Shown here in pieces: positions 48,688 through 56,289 of a stretch of DNA of 64,000 nucleotides. Source of the stretch: a virus. Both the position numbers and the translations under genes were made by a program. The notes beneath the pieces were generated by a model. The model was given only the letters and a program-made list of their open reading frames with translations. It had not been told where the DNA came from and made no database searches. Every line of letters starts with the position of its first letter. Within the stretch, counting starts at the first letter, position 1. The stretch covers positions 6,015 to 70,014 of the IMG/VR virus record IMGVR_UViG_3300042453_004296; one strand, written 5' to 3'.

Positions 48688-48789
48688 CAAAGGAGACAGG
48701 ATTCGAACCTGTAGTTACGCAAGTTGTTTGGTACTGACCTTTCGGTTACTCCCATTTCGTCGTGTTAACCAAATTGACACTACTCCCAT
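48688..48789 (-). ncRNA. tRNA-like RNA with enlarged anticodon-arm region
   Basis: D arm GTGT-CAATTTGGTTA-ACAC, T arm ACAGG-TTCGAAT-CCTGT, acceptor GGGAG/CTCCT; about 40 nt insert containing ACC-GAAA-GGT. Confidence 0.55.
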
Positions 48790-48904
48790 ATGTGCCTTTT
48801 TAAACGACGTCGAGAAGGCTAACTCTATCTCCTATACGATGAGAACAGTTACTTGAGCTTATGTCAGAGGCTTACTGTGTTTTACGATCCCCTCGCGAGC
48901 GGGG

Positions 48905-49066
48905 CTAATTTTTTTCACTAAACCCATCATACAACGCCCAGTATATGATTGCTGTTGATGTTAGTAACAATACAGTTGTTGGTAAGAGTAATGATATTAC
49001 CAATGCTCCTACTATTGCTAACATTGTTCCTATTGTTTTTAGGTGTGCTTTTAATTTATTATTCAT
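48905..49066 (-). CDS. Small membrane protein (53 aa)
   Basis: Not in the track: MNNKLKAHLKTIGTMLAIVGALVISLL... Confidence 0.6.
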   Translation of the reverse strand: MNNKLKAHLKTIGTMLAIVGALVISLLLPTTVLLLTSTAIIYWALYDGFSEKN

Positions 49067-49078
49067 AACCTTTATTTT

Positions 49079-49219
49079 TTAATCTTTACAACATTTACAT
49101 TTGCCTCTACCGGCGTGGCCCTTCATTTTATCTTTAGGCATCCACACTCCAATATATACTATAAACGCTATTGCTAGTCCTAATAAGGCAAACAATATAC
49201 CATATGCTATTTGATCCAT
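49079..49219 (-). CDS. Small membrane protein with Cys-rich tail (46 aa)
   Basis: Not in the track: MDQIAYGILFALLGLAIAFIVYIGVW...GKCKCCKD. Confidence 0.6.
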   Translation of the reverse strand: MDQIAYGILFALLGLAIAFIVYIGVWMPKDKMKGHAGRGKCKCCKD

Positions 49220-49479
49220 CATAATTCTTCTATATGATTATATACTAATTTCATTACCCAAGCATTTACAAACTCATACATACCACATATGTTACGTGCT
49301 TCTTCTTCGGTATCATAATAAATTATATCACCGTTTATATTCTTCATGTAACCCATGTTTCTGAGATCTATGATAACATATTTACCTTCCATTAAATTTA
49401 AAACTTCATTTGGTTCAATACCAAATTTAGCATTTGGGTTATCGTACTTGAAATAATGGATATTTTTTTGATCTTCCAT
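49219..49479 (-). CDS. Hypothetical protein
   Basis: 86 aa; promoter-like motif upstream at about 49503-49533. Confidence 0.7.
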   Translation of the reverse strand: MEDQKNIHYFKYDNPNAKFGIEPNEVLNLMEGKYVIIDLRNMGYMKNINGDIIYYDTEEEARNICGMYEFVNAWVMKLVYNHIEEL

Positions 49480-49772
49480 AACCTTAATTTTAACTTATAT
49501 ATAAATATACGTATATACCTCGTCGATGCCAAACTTTTTGTTAAAAGAAGAAATTTAATCCTTATGGTTTTTTGTCGAAATGGGTAGTTCGAAATTTGGT
49601 ATCATTTTGTGGGTATATATGTATATACGGGATCGGCCGTAAAGGGTGTGTTCGAGTTGAAGGGTGCTCTAGTGCCGCAGAAGTATCGGATACGCCGTAC
49701 ATGGACAGTAACGCATATGGGAGTATACTGCACGTAGTACGATATATATACGGCACGGGTACGGCACGATCC

Positions 49773-49952
49773 TTACATAACAGGAAGATCGAGCCGTATA
49801 GCCACTAGGTATTGAGAGATCTCATCGTGCGACATGCTCCCTAACAGCTGCGCTAGCGCCAGATCAGCATCGTGATCGAGCTCACCGTATTTAGCAACGT
49901 GGTGTTTACATTGCGCCCGTAACTTAAGGGCGGCATCAATTTTATTTGTCAT
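49773..49952 (-). CDS. Small early protein (59 aa)
   Basis: Not in the track: MTNKIDAALKLRAQCKHHVAKYGELDH...; preceded by AAACAC. Confidence 0.6.
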   Translation of the reverse strand: MTNKIDAALKLRAQCKHHVAKYGELDHDADLALAQLLGSMSHDEISQYLVAIRLDLPVM

Positions 49953-49956
49953 GTGT

Positions 49957-50157
49957 TTAACGTATTAAAGTGTCTATATATGTAGTGTCCTCATACATGA
50001 TGATGGTTCCAAAATCATACACTGTAGTATCATGGTTCTGGGTCACCGTAATTGGGACCTGCTCACCGTATTGATCTACCCATATTATTTGGTTTGTTCT
50101 AGGTGAACATGATGTTAGCCCTAGGGCTAGCATCAGTGTTATTATTATCTGCTTCAT
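49957..50157 (-). CDS. Small lipoprotein
   Basis: Lipobox in MKQIIITLMLALGLTS-C. Confidence 0.75.
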   Translation of the reverse strand: MKQIIITLMLALGLTSCSPRTNQIIWVDQYGEQVPITVTQNHDTTVYDFGTIIMYEDTTYIDTLIR

Positions 50158-50158
50158 G

Positions 50159-50329
50159 CTACTGCTTTTTTGGTATGCGTGTGATGTATAGTGCTTGAGT
50201 GATCTCGTGCTCGGTCAACTCCTCACCTATAGCTCTGGCTACAGTCACTATGGTGTGGGCTGATGGGTTCTCGATTCCCTGATCACGTAGCTCAACTAGT
50301 GTTCTTTGTACTGCGGGTGTAAGTTTCAT
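50159..50329 (-). CDS. Small early protein (56 aa), paralog of 50335..50487
   Basis: Not in the track: MKLTPAVQRTLVELRDQGIENPSAHTIVTVARAIGEELTEHEI... Confidence 0.7.
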   Translation of the reverse strand: MKLTPAVQRTLVELRDQGIENPSAHTIVTVARAIGEELTEHEITQALYITRIPKKQ

Positions 50330-50334
50330 ATGTG

Positions 50335-50487
50335 TTATACGTTATTTGATATGTAGTCGATTTGAGCATCGGTTAGCTTCTCACCTATGTCTGAAGCAAT
50401 AGATGCTACTTGGCGTGATGAAGGTTTATCAATACCATATTGTTGGAGTGTCATTACTACCTGTTGCATTGCGGATGTGTACTTCAT
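50335..50487 (-). CDS. Small early protein (50 aa), paralog of 50159..50329
   Basis: Not in the track: MKYTSAMQQVVMTLQQYGIDKPSSRQVASIASDIGEKLTDAQI...; promoter at 50511. Confidence 0.7.
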   Translation of the reverse strand: MKYTSAMQQVVMTLQQYGIDKPSSRQVASIASDIGEKLTDAQIDYISNNV

Positions 50488-50545
50488 GTGTTATATTTTA
50501 AGTATGTTATAAATGTACGACCGAATGGCCCGTAGGCCAAATATG

Positions 50546-50734
50546 TTATTCGGCTACACCAAACATTTTACGACCCATATCTACAAAGCGATTATACTCG
50601 TCTTGTCCGATCTCATTTATGAGAGCATTCTTAGCATTATTATATCGCTCCATGTTTTCCCAGGTTGGGATGGTGGACAATTCCCAATTAGCATCTACTA
50701 ATTCGCTCCACATCTTTGATACTTTGTTTGTCAT
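50546..50734 (-). CDS. Small early protein
   Basis: Probable start MTNKVSK at 50734, downstream of the promoter at 50760. Confidence 0.7.
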   Translation of the reverse strand: MTNKVSKMWSELVDANWELSTIPTWENMERYNNAKNALINEIGQDEYNRFVDMGRKMFGVAE

Positions 50735-50801
50735 ATGTGTTATGTTTTTAATTATACATAAATGTACGACCACTACTTCACGTAGCCAAATAAGCTGTGT
50801 A

Positions 50802-50996
50802 TTATTTTTTATTGAGCGCTATTGCTATAAAACCTATTATACTTATAATTACTACACCTAGTGCTAACGGGATCCAAAGCGGGCTAGTTACCCACCACCA
50901 GCTCCAGTCTATGTTGTCTGTTAATTTAAGTACTAAAAACACTAGGAATAATACTGTTCCGAATCCGATTCCGTTTGATGATGTTTTATTTGCCAT
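50802..50996 (-). CDS. Small membrane protein (LKL..I.WSWWWV.SPLW family)
   Basis: Motif common in small phage membrane proteins. Confidence 0.8.
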   Translation of the reverse strand: MANKTSSNGIGFGTVLFLVFLVLKLTDNIDWSWWWVTSPLWIPLALGVVIISIIGFIAIALNKK

Positions 50997-51019
50997 TGTG
51001 TTATTATGTTTAAGGTTAT

Positions 51020-51193
51020 TTATGCGTTAAAGTGTTTGGATTCAGTTGATACGAAAGCGAATAATGTGATTATAAACAAATCCACTACGCCAAAAAATAC
51101 TTGTACTGCCAGCATGTGGGTTCCAATTATTAGCAATGTACATAATGCAAACATTACTGCTGTTACTAATAATAATACGGTTGAATTTTTCAT
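51020..51193 (-). CDS. Small two-TM membrane protein (57 aa)
   Basis: Not in the track: MKNSTVLLLVTAVMFALC...; promoter at 51219. Confidence 0.65.
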   Translation of the reverse strand: MKNSTVLLLVTAVMFALCTLLIIGTHMLAVQVFFGVVDLFIITLFAFVSTESKHFNA

Positions 51194-51255
51194 GTGTTAT
51201 ATGTTTTAATTATATTGTAAATATACGACCAACATTTCAGGTATCCAAATAGAAA

Positions 51256-51278
51256 TGGGCCTGCTTTCGCTAGGCCCA
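51256..51278 (-). terminator. Stem-loop terminator
   Basis: TGGGCCT...AGGCCCA inverted repeat between a gene end and the next promoter. Confidence 0.6.
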
Positions 51279-51304
51279 CATCTACTTTATAATTAAAACA
51301 CACA

Positions 51305-51814
51305 CTAACTTATACTTTCTGAATACATCTCACTTAAAATCGCAGTTACTTCATCTTCAACTGCATCATAATCTGTATCAATTGCATCATCAATTTCACT
51401 GTGTATGCACTCGACAAGCTTGTCTTTGTCTAACTCGATGTCAATTGTGTTACCATTCCAAACGTTTAGCTCTAGTGAAACCAAATCATCAGCATCTATA
51501 CTAGTGTCTGTAACTGCTTCTTTAACTGCTGTTACTACTCGCTCAGTTAGTTTAGTAGCGAATTCTAATAGCTCATCTCTAGTAAACACTATCATCTGAG
51601 CTTGGGTCGCTAGTTCGTGTGAAACGATCTCGGCTTCATCTTCAGGTGCTTCAATCACTTCTCCACGTCTGAGTATAACCTGCTCTTCTGTGTCACACTC
51701 ACACTCACCGTTGCAGCATGGCTCAAATTCTGATGATGCATTTGCTTCAGCGAATGCTTTTAAATCAGCTAACTTGGCTGACATTTCTTCTAATTGCTCA
51801 AATAAATCTTTCAT
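51305..51814 (-). CDS. Highly acidic early protein
   Basis: About 46 D/E versus 11 K/R in 169 aa (hand count); own promoter at 51841. Confidence 0.8.
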   Translation of the reverse strand: MKDLFEQLEEMSAKLADLKAFAEANASSEFEPCCNGECECDTEEQVILRRGEVIEAPEDEAEIVSHELATQAQMIVFTRDELLEFATKLTERVVTAVKEAVTDTSIDADDLVSLELNVWNGNTIDIELDKDKLVECIHSEIDDAIDTDYDAVEDEVTAILSEMYSESIS

Positions 51815-51894
51815 GTGTTATATGTTTTTAATTATAGTATAAATGTACGACCAAAATCTCAATACTCCAAATTTATCTTATATTAGTTATGAAC

Positions 51895-51923
51895 AAAAAT
51901 GGGCTCGCATATGCGAACCCAAA
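51895..51923 (-). terminator. Rho-independent terminator
   Basis: TGGG.TCGC-ATAT-GCGA.CCCA followed by a T run on the minus strand. Confidence 0.7.
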
Positions 51924-51945
51924 TTTGCTAATTAAAACACACACA

Positions 51946-52761
51946 TTATTCTTCCGTATCGTCTGCATCTGGCAAACTATATTCTACTTGATTGAATGCA
52001 ATTCTAAACTTGATAAACGAAATCGTATCGCAATCTCGGTTCTTGCTAAATTGCACTTTACGGCTGTCACCGTCTTTTTCTCTGGTTACATGACACATTG
52101 AGTCTGTCATGTGCTTCAATCTATTTGATCCGGCAAATTCTCCACCTTTAGTTACTTGCTGAATATTAATAAACGAAGTGTATTTAGCGCTATCATTTTC
52201 TCCACGCTTGTGCTTGGTTTGAAGATCTAGCAACCACGTCTCAGCTGAGCCAGACGTTGTGTGATAAGCTTCTCTATAAATGTCTACAATCTCAGCTACT
52301 GAGTCGATAGCGATCACATCATACCCTACTTTAAACGCGTGCTCAATTGCTTCCTTTAAATTATTAGCATAGTTCTTGATAAACAATGTTGGCACTGAAG
52401 CGAATTTGGGCATGCGACGGCAGTATTTATAATGCCCAATTTCATCCATCTCACCACTTACAAACAAGCAGTTATAACCTTGCTCTGTTAGCTCAGCTAG
52501 CATATCAAGCACTAATGTTGTCTTACCAGATCCAGGACCACCACAGATGATCATGTTTGTAGCAGGCATCAAACCACGGTTTGTGCTCAAAATATCATCC
52601 ATCATAGTGTCGGTACGCATTGGTACTAAAATTGATGGATCGAAATGCAACTCAGATCCACGGAAGATCTGTATTGATGCTGGGTTGAAAGCAGCTGGTG
52701 TTGGTTTAGCTGCTGGCTTGCGACCTCTGGTCTCGCGCTTTTGAATTGTTAATTTGCTCAT
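51946..52761 (-). CDS. RadA/Sms-like RecA-family ATPase (ATPase domain only)
   Basis: GGPGSGKTT, VSGE, IAIDSV, QVTKGGEFAG..LKHMTD and SKNR match RadA motifs. Confidence 0.8.
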   Translation of the reverse strand: MSKLTIQKRETRGRKPAAKPTPAAFNPASIQIFRGSELHFDPSILVPMRTDTMMDDILSTNRGLMPATNMIICGGPGSGKTTLVLDMLAELTEQGYNCLFVSGEMDEIGHYKYCRRMPKFASVPTLFIKNYANNLKEAIEHAFKVGYDVIAIDSVAEIVDIYREAYHTTSGSAETWLLDLQTKHKRGENDSAKYTSFINIQQVTKGGEFAGSNRLKHMTDSMCHVTREKDGDSRKVQFSKNRDCDTISFIKFRIAFNQVEYSLPDADDTEE

Positions 52762-52822
52762 GTGTGTTATGTGTTTTTATTAGGCTATAAATGTACGACC
52801 CAGATCTGGCAGATCCAAATTT

Positions 52823-53101
52823 TTAGTTAAGATAGTAACCTATTTCCTGTAGCTCGTCTACTGCAAATCGTTTAGCATCCTCACACAGCATCTGGTGTGC
52901 TTGGATCATAGACATCGTCTTCATTATCTCCTCTGTCGGGCGCATGTCTAGGAATGATGTCGCCTCATCCTCTAGCGCGCGCGACTGTTCTATTGACTCA
53001 GCTATACCAGTGTTAGCAGTCATTATTATAGACATTAACTCATGAGCTTGAATGCGCTCGATTACTTCTAGTGTGTGTTTTGCTATGTTCATCTTAATCA
53101 A
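52823..53101 (-). CDS. Small early protein
   Basis: 92 aa helical ORF. Confidence 0.65.
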   Translation of the reverse strand: MIKMNIAKHTLEVIERIQAHELMSIIMTANTGIAESIEQSRALEDEATSFLDMRPTEEIMKTMSMIQAHQMLCEDAKRFAVDELQEIGYYLN

Positions 53102-53103
53102 TA

Positions 53104-53340
53104 TTATTTATTTAAACTCATACCTTCGTATCTCAATAATGAATTACAAATGTAACTCTGGATTCGAGATATGCTTTTACAAGCATTTACATTATCAATT
53201 ATTACTTTTTTGTCTTCGTCTTTAATGTTCTTATTATTAACGAATTCGGTAATAAATTGTTTTGCTTGATTAACATCTCTGATGCTAAATACTTCGAATG
53301 CGATCTGCTCGAAGATTGATTTGATTTGAAATTTGCTCAT
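53104..53340 (-). CDS. Small early protein
   Basis: 78 aa; promoter at 53358. Confidence 0.7.
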   Translation of the reverse strand: MSKFQIKSIFEQIAFEVFSIRDVNQAKQFITEFVNNKNIKDEDKKVIIDNVNACKSISRIQSYICNSLLRYEGMSLNK

Positions 53341-53385
53341 GTGTTTTAATTTTCTATAAATGTACGACCAAACTTACATAAGGCC

Positions 53386-53418
53386 AAAAAAGTAGCGGTC
53401 ACCTTTGTGAACCGCTAC
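53386..53418 (-). terminator. Rho-independent terminator
   Basis: GTAGCGGT...ACCGCTAC followed by a T run on the minus strand. Confidence 0.8.
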
Positions 53419-53448
53419 CCCAAAACACACACATGGCTAGTGCTAGGC

Positions 53449-53652
53449 TTACGCCACTACACTATTCTTCTGGCGACGAGCACTGATGCTATACATCGCG
53501 TTAGCAACCTTGTCATTGACATTTCGGTTACCATTCATAATACTTGTAACGTGACTAGCTGAGTAGCCTGTCATTTCTGAGATGCGACTCACATCACCTG
53601 AACGTTTGCGGGCTGTAAAAAACGCCTGCTTTGCTGTACGATTTAACTTCAT
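53449..53652 (-). CDS. Helix-turn-helix DNA-binding protein (XRE/Cro-like)
   Basis: VSRISEMTGYSASHVTSIMNG.R HTH pattern. Confidence 0.7.
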   Translation of the reverse strand: MKLNRTAKQAFFTARKRSGDVSRISEMTGYSASHVTSIMNGNRNVNDKVANAMYSISARRQKNSVVA

Positions 53653-53704
53653 AACTTATTTATTTAATTATTTATATTCTAATATAATATCGTCTGATCA
53701 ATCC

Positions 53705-53960
53705 TCCAACCTACTTTACAACTTCATCCACCCGAAGGTGAGAACCCAGGCTGATCAGGCCTAGGTTCTAAATGGGAGCTTTGCATCGCTTTCGAATCCC
53801 ATGAGTGAGTGGTTTTTCGTCTAGCGGGCGTACGTTCCCACTGATATAGCCTTGCCTAAGGGCCTCCCTCATTTGTATTGATGTTATGGTCTGACTTGTA
53901 TACAGACGGTACCCCTTTAAATTACTCACTAACCCTAGGTGTAGGTAGCATAACAATCCT
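53705..53960 (-). ncRNA. Candidate structured non-coding RNA
   Basis: Multiple stems, a UUCG tetraloop and long-range complementary segments directly downstream of tRNA-Leu. Confidence 0.55.
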
Positions 53961-53966
53961 TTTTAG

Positions 53967-54052
53967 TAGCCGGGGTGGGAATCGAACCCACACTGCCATT
54001 TCTGGCAACAGGATTTTAAGTCCTGCGTGTCTACCTGTTTCACCACCCGGCC
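53967..54052 (-). tRNA. trnL: tRNA-Leu(TAA)
   Basis: GGCCGGG/CCCGGCT acceptor, anticodon arm CAGGA-CTTAAAA-TCCTG, long variable arm TGCCA-GAAA-TGGCA, T loop TTCGATT. Confidence 0.93.
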
Positions 54053-54088
54053 GAGTGGGGGCCCAATCGTCACCGGGCCCCAGCAGCA

Positions 54089-54383
54089 TTACGCTGCTGC
54101 TTCAGTCTCTTTAGCCTTAGCTGGGCGACCGCGTTTAACGATTCCACCATTTGCTTCGGCGCGTGCTGCGCGAGCTGCTAAACGTGCTTGACGGGCTGAT
54201 CCCTCTACTACGGGACGACCTCTTTGTTTTGTTCCTTCTGGTTCCATAACCTTGATTTTGATTTTTAAATTATTTTGTTTATTAAACTCTGCAATCATTT
54301 CTTCAAGTACAACTGACTTGATAGTGCTTGCTTTTTTGATTCCTGCTTTTGTTGCTGTTGCTACTAATTCTTGTCTGTTCATG
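54089..54383 (-). CDS. Basic protein with two AT-hook-like motifs
   Basis: KQRGRP and KRGRPAK; probable start MNRQEL at 54383; promoter at 54409. Confidence 0.75.
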
Positions 54384-54445
54384 TGTTTATGTTTTTTAAT
54401 TATTTTATAAATGTACGACACTAACTTTGCAATGGCACGTCTTTT

Positions 54446-54670
54446 CTAACTTTCTTCTTCTTCTTCTGCATCCATGTTTTCAACCCACACCTCGTCACTC
54501 TCACCTACATAATACACTGCGATACCGTAATGGTCAAACCTACCATTGTCTTTTAGATAATTGACAATGTCATCATCTATGTAATGAGCATCCAACTCAT
54601 ATACTTCGCTTTCTTCTAAATTTGAGAATCTCTCATAATTCTCTTCTACAAACAATTTTAATTTATCCAT
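54446..54670 (-). CDS. Very acidic small early protein
   Basis: About 24 D/E versus 5 K/R in 74 aa (hand count); promoter at 54695. Confidence 0.75.
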   Translation of the reverse strand: MDKLKLFVEENYERFSNLEESEVYELDAHYIDDDIVNYLKDNGRFDHYGIAVYYVGESDEVWVENMDAEEEEES

Positions 54671-54731
54671 TTCTATGTGTTTTAATTATGCTGTAAATGT
54701 ACGACACATATCTTGCAGTGGCACGTCTCTT

Positions 54732-55187
54732 CTAATTTTCTCTCAAATATTTTTCTGCTTGAGTCCAGTTCTGGAACCATGGGTTGTCAGCGTAGCTGTT
54801 TACTCCCACATTTAAGTTTATTCCACCTGGGAAGTGATAGTCGATGTGTCTCAACACTTGCTGCACCAGTGAAGACTTGACGTACACCCAAAACTGGCCA
54901 CCTTCACTGTCGTACTGGATCCCCTCACCTGCCTTAAATACGGTCTGGAGCGAATGCTCAATATCGTAGTGCGATAATTCTCCTTCAGCACATCCCGTTA
55001 AACAAATAGATAACTTCTCACTAGCTGGGATCAATGCCTTGATATCATTTTCAATCTCTTCGGCAAACATCCTGTAAGTGTCTCTCTCAAACTGGGTTGG
55101 TTCCCTGTCTTTGTAAGTTTCTTCCCACGCGCTTTTTTGCTTTACGATTAATTGGGCTACTTTCTTTTTGATTTCTTGTGTTGTCAT
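54732..55187 (-). CDS. Early hypothetical protein
   Basis: 151 aa; promoter at 55205. Confidence 0.75.
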   Translation of the reverse strand: MTTQEIKKKVAQLIVKQKSAWEETYKDREPTQFERDTYRMFAEEIENDIKALIPASEKLSICLTGCAEGELSHYDIEHSLQTVFKAGEGIQYDSEGGQFWVYVKSSLVQQVLRHIDYHFPGGINLNVGVNSYADNPWFQNWTQAEKYLREN

Positions 55188-55252
55188 GTGTTTTAATTTT
55201 TTCTAAATGTACGACACGCTTTTTAAATATCCAAATAAGCTGTGATCTATTT

Positions 55253-55522
55253 CTAATCCAACTTAATAATAATAGCCTCAGAAAAAGTCCATCCTACATA
55301 CTCTAATTCATGATTAATGCCTAATTTTTCACAAAATGAGGTTAATTTACTTTTAGTTATACTAACACCATCATAAAATGCATTTACAATTTCAAACTGG
55401 TTTTCACGATAATTCATACGCATCATAGGATACGCATTGAATTTATCATAAATCAATTTTTTAAATTCCTTTACTGTAATATTAGTGTTAGGAATTACTT
55501 TAGAGGTGTGTTTTTGTTCCAT
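55253..55522 (-). CDS. Early hypothetical protein (probably leaderless)
   Basis: 89 aa; ATG 4 nt after the TACATTTA element. Confidence 0.7.
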   Translation of the reverse strand: MEQKHTSKVIPNTNITVKEFKKLIYDKFNAYPMMRMNYRENQFEIVNAFYDGVSITKSKLTSFCEKLGINHELEYVGWTFSEAIIIKLD

Positions 55523-55770
55523 GCTCTAAATGTACGACACATTCTCTGGGTAGCCAAACAGGTTGTTCCTTCTGTTTGCTCCTTCTGCTCCTCCTGAATA
55601 TGTATAATGGAATTTCAATTCGTGAAGACGACACATTCGGCAGGTACGGAAAATCACTGAAGCTAGTAATGAATGGAAATCAATGATCAAGGTGAGCGGA
55701 TAGATAGACTCACACCTACATACCAAAAAAGAACAGGCGCCACGGCGCCCACCATTGTCTTTGGTTTCCC

Positions 55771-55861
55771 AGTCCGCTCCTCCTAGTCCGTTCCTCCTAG
55801 GCTGCTCCTCCTGCTGCTCCCTCTGTCTGATCCTCCTGCGGATCCCAGGCTGTTCCTCCTG
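55771..55861. repeat. Short tandem repeat array (AGGAGG on the minus strand)
   Basis: agtccgctcctcct / agtccgttcctcct / aggctgctcctcct 14-mers; CCTCCT at 55779, 55793, 55807, 55832 and 55855. Confidence 0.8.
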
Positions 55862-55926
55862 CGCGCGCACAGGGTACTGTCCCCGGACCCACATTTGATT
55901 TACTCCACTGCCTCCACACTGTTACA

Positions 55927-55944
55927 CCCCCCCCCCCCCCCCCC
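55927..55944. repeat. C18 homopolymer (G18 on the minus strand)
   Basis: Directly visible; exact length may be unreliable. Confidence 0.7.
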
Positions 55945-56289
55945 ACGCAGTCCTCTCCCCTGGGTCTTGCAACCTGTCCTAAAGGTACGACAAAATTTTT
56001 AAAAAGCCAAATCCTTTTTGATATTCTTTTTGTTCCTTTTGTTAATCTTTTTGCAAGAAAATTTGGGGGCCCCGGGGAGGGGTATTACCCCCGCGCAAAA
56101 ATGCAATAAACCATGCGTATATACTTTGTCGACAAAAGAGAGTGGAGGGGCGGGGCATGGGGGTTAATCCCCTCCCATCCTTATACCACACACCATCTCA
56201 CCCTCATTCCACATACTATTCTAATATATCCCTATCTACATATCTACGTTCCACCCTTAGACTAAGGTGGGTCACACTTGGTGACCCAT

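Larger units (their letters stand above)
50510..56011 (-). promoter_or_regulatory. Array of early host-type promoters, consensus TTTG-N16-GTCG-TAC/TATTTA (Bacteroidota -33/-7 type)
   Basis: Core (plus strand aaatgtacgac, aaatatacgac or aaaggtacgac) at 50511, 50760, 51219, 51841, 52789, 53358, 54409, 54695, 55205, 55528 and 55981; further copies at 7328, 46625, 57080, 61542, 62793 and on + at 39909; 20 nt spacer to TTTG in the copies measured. Confidence 0.85.

Noticed and set aside
48688-48905. tmRNA (one- or two-piece)
   Set aside because: A true D stem is present, there is no GGGG..CCACCA acceptor end, and no tag reading frame is recognisable
49562-49808. Short ORFs on both strands in the 49.5-49.8 kb gap
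   Set aside because: They have no A-rich initiation context or promoter and atypical composition; the region is better explained as a cis-acting boundary
55526-55894. 122 aa ORF across the AGGAGG array
   Set aside because: The translation is low-complexity, the 14-nt repeat unit changes frame, and the ORF runs over the next promoter; treated as probably non-coding, though not excluded
50510-55990. CRISPR array or integron attC array from the recurring aaatgtacgac...ccaaat motif
   Set aside because: Spacing is irregular (hundreds of bp, containing ORFs), the conserved part is bipartite with promoter geometry, and no cas or integrase gene is visible
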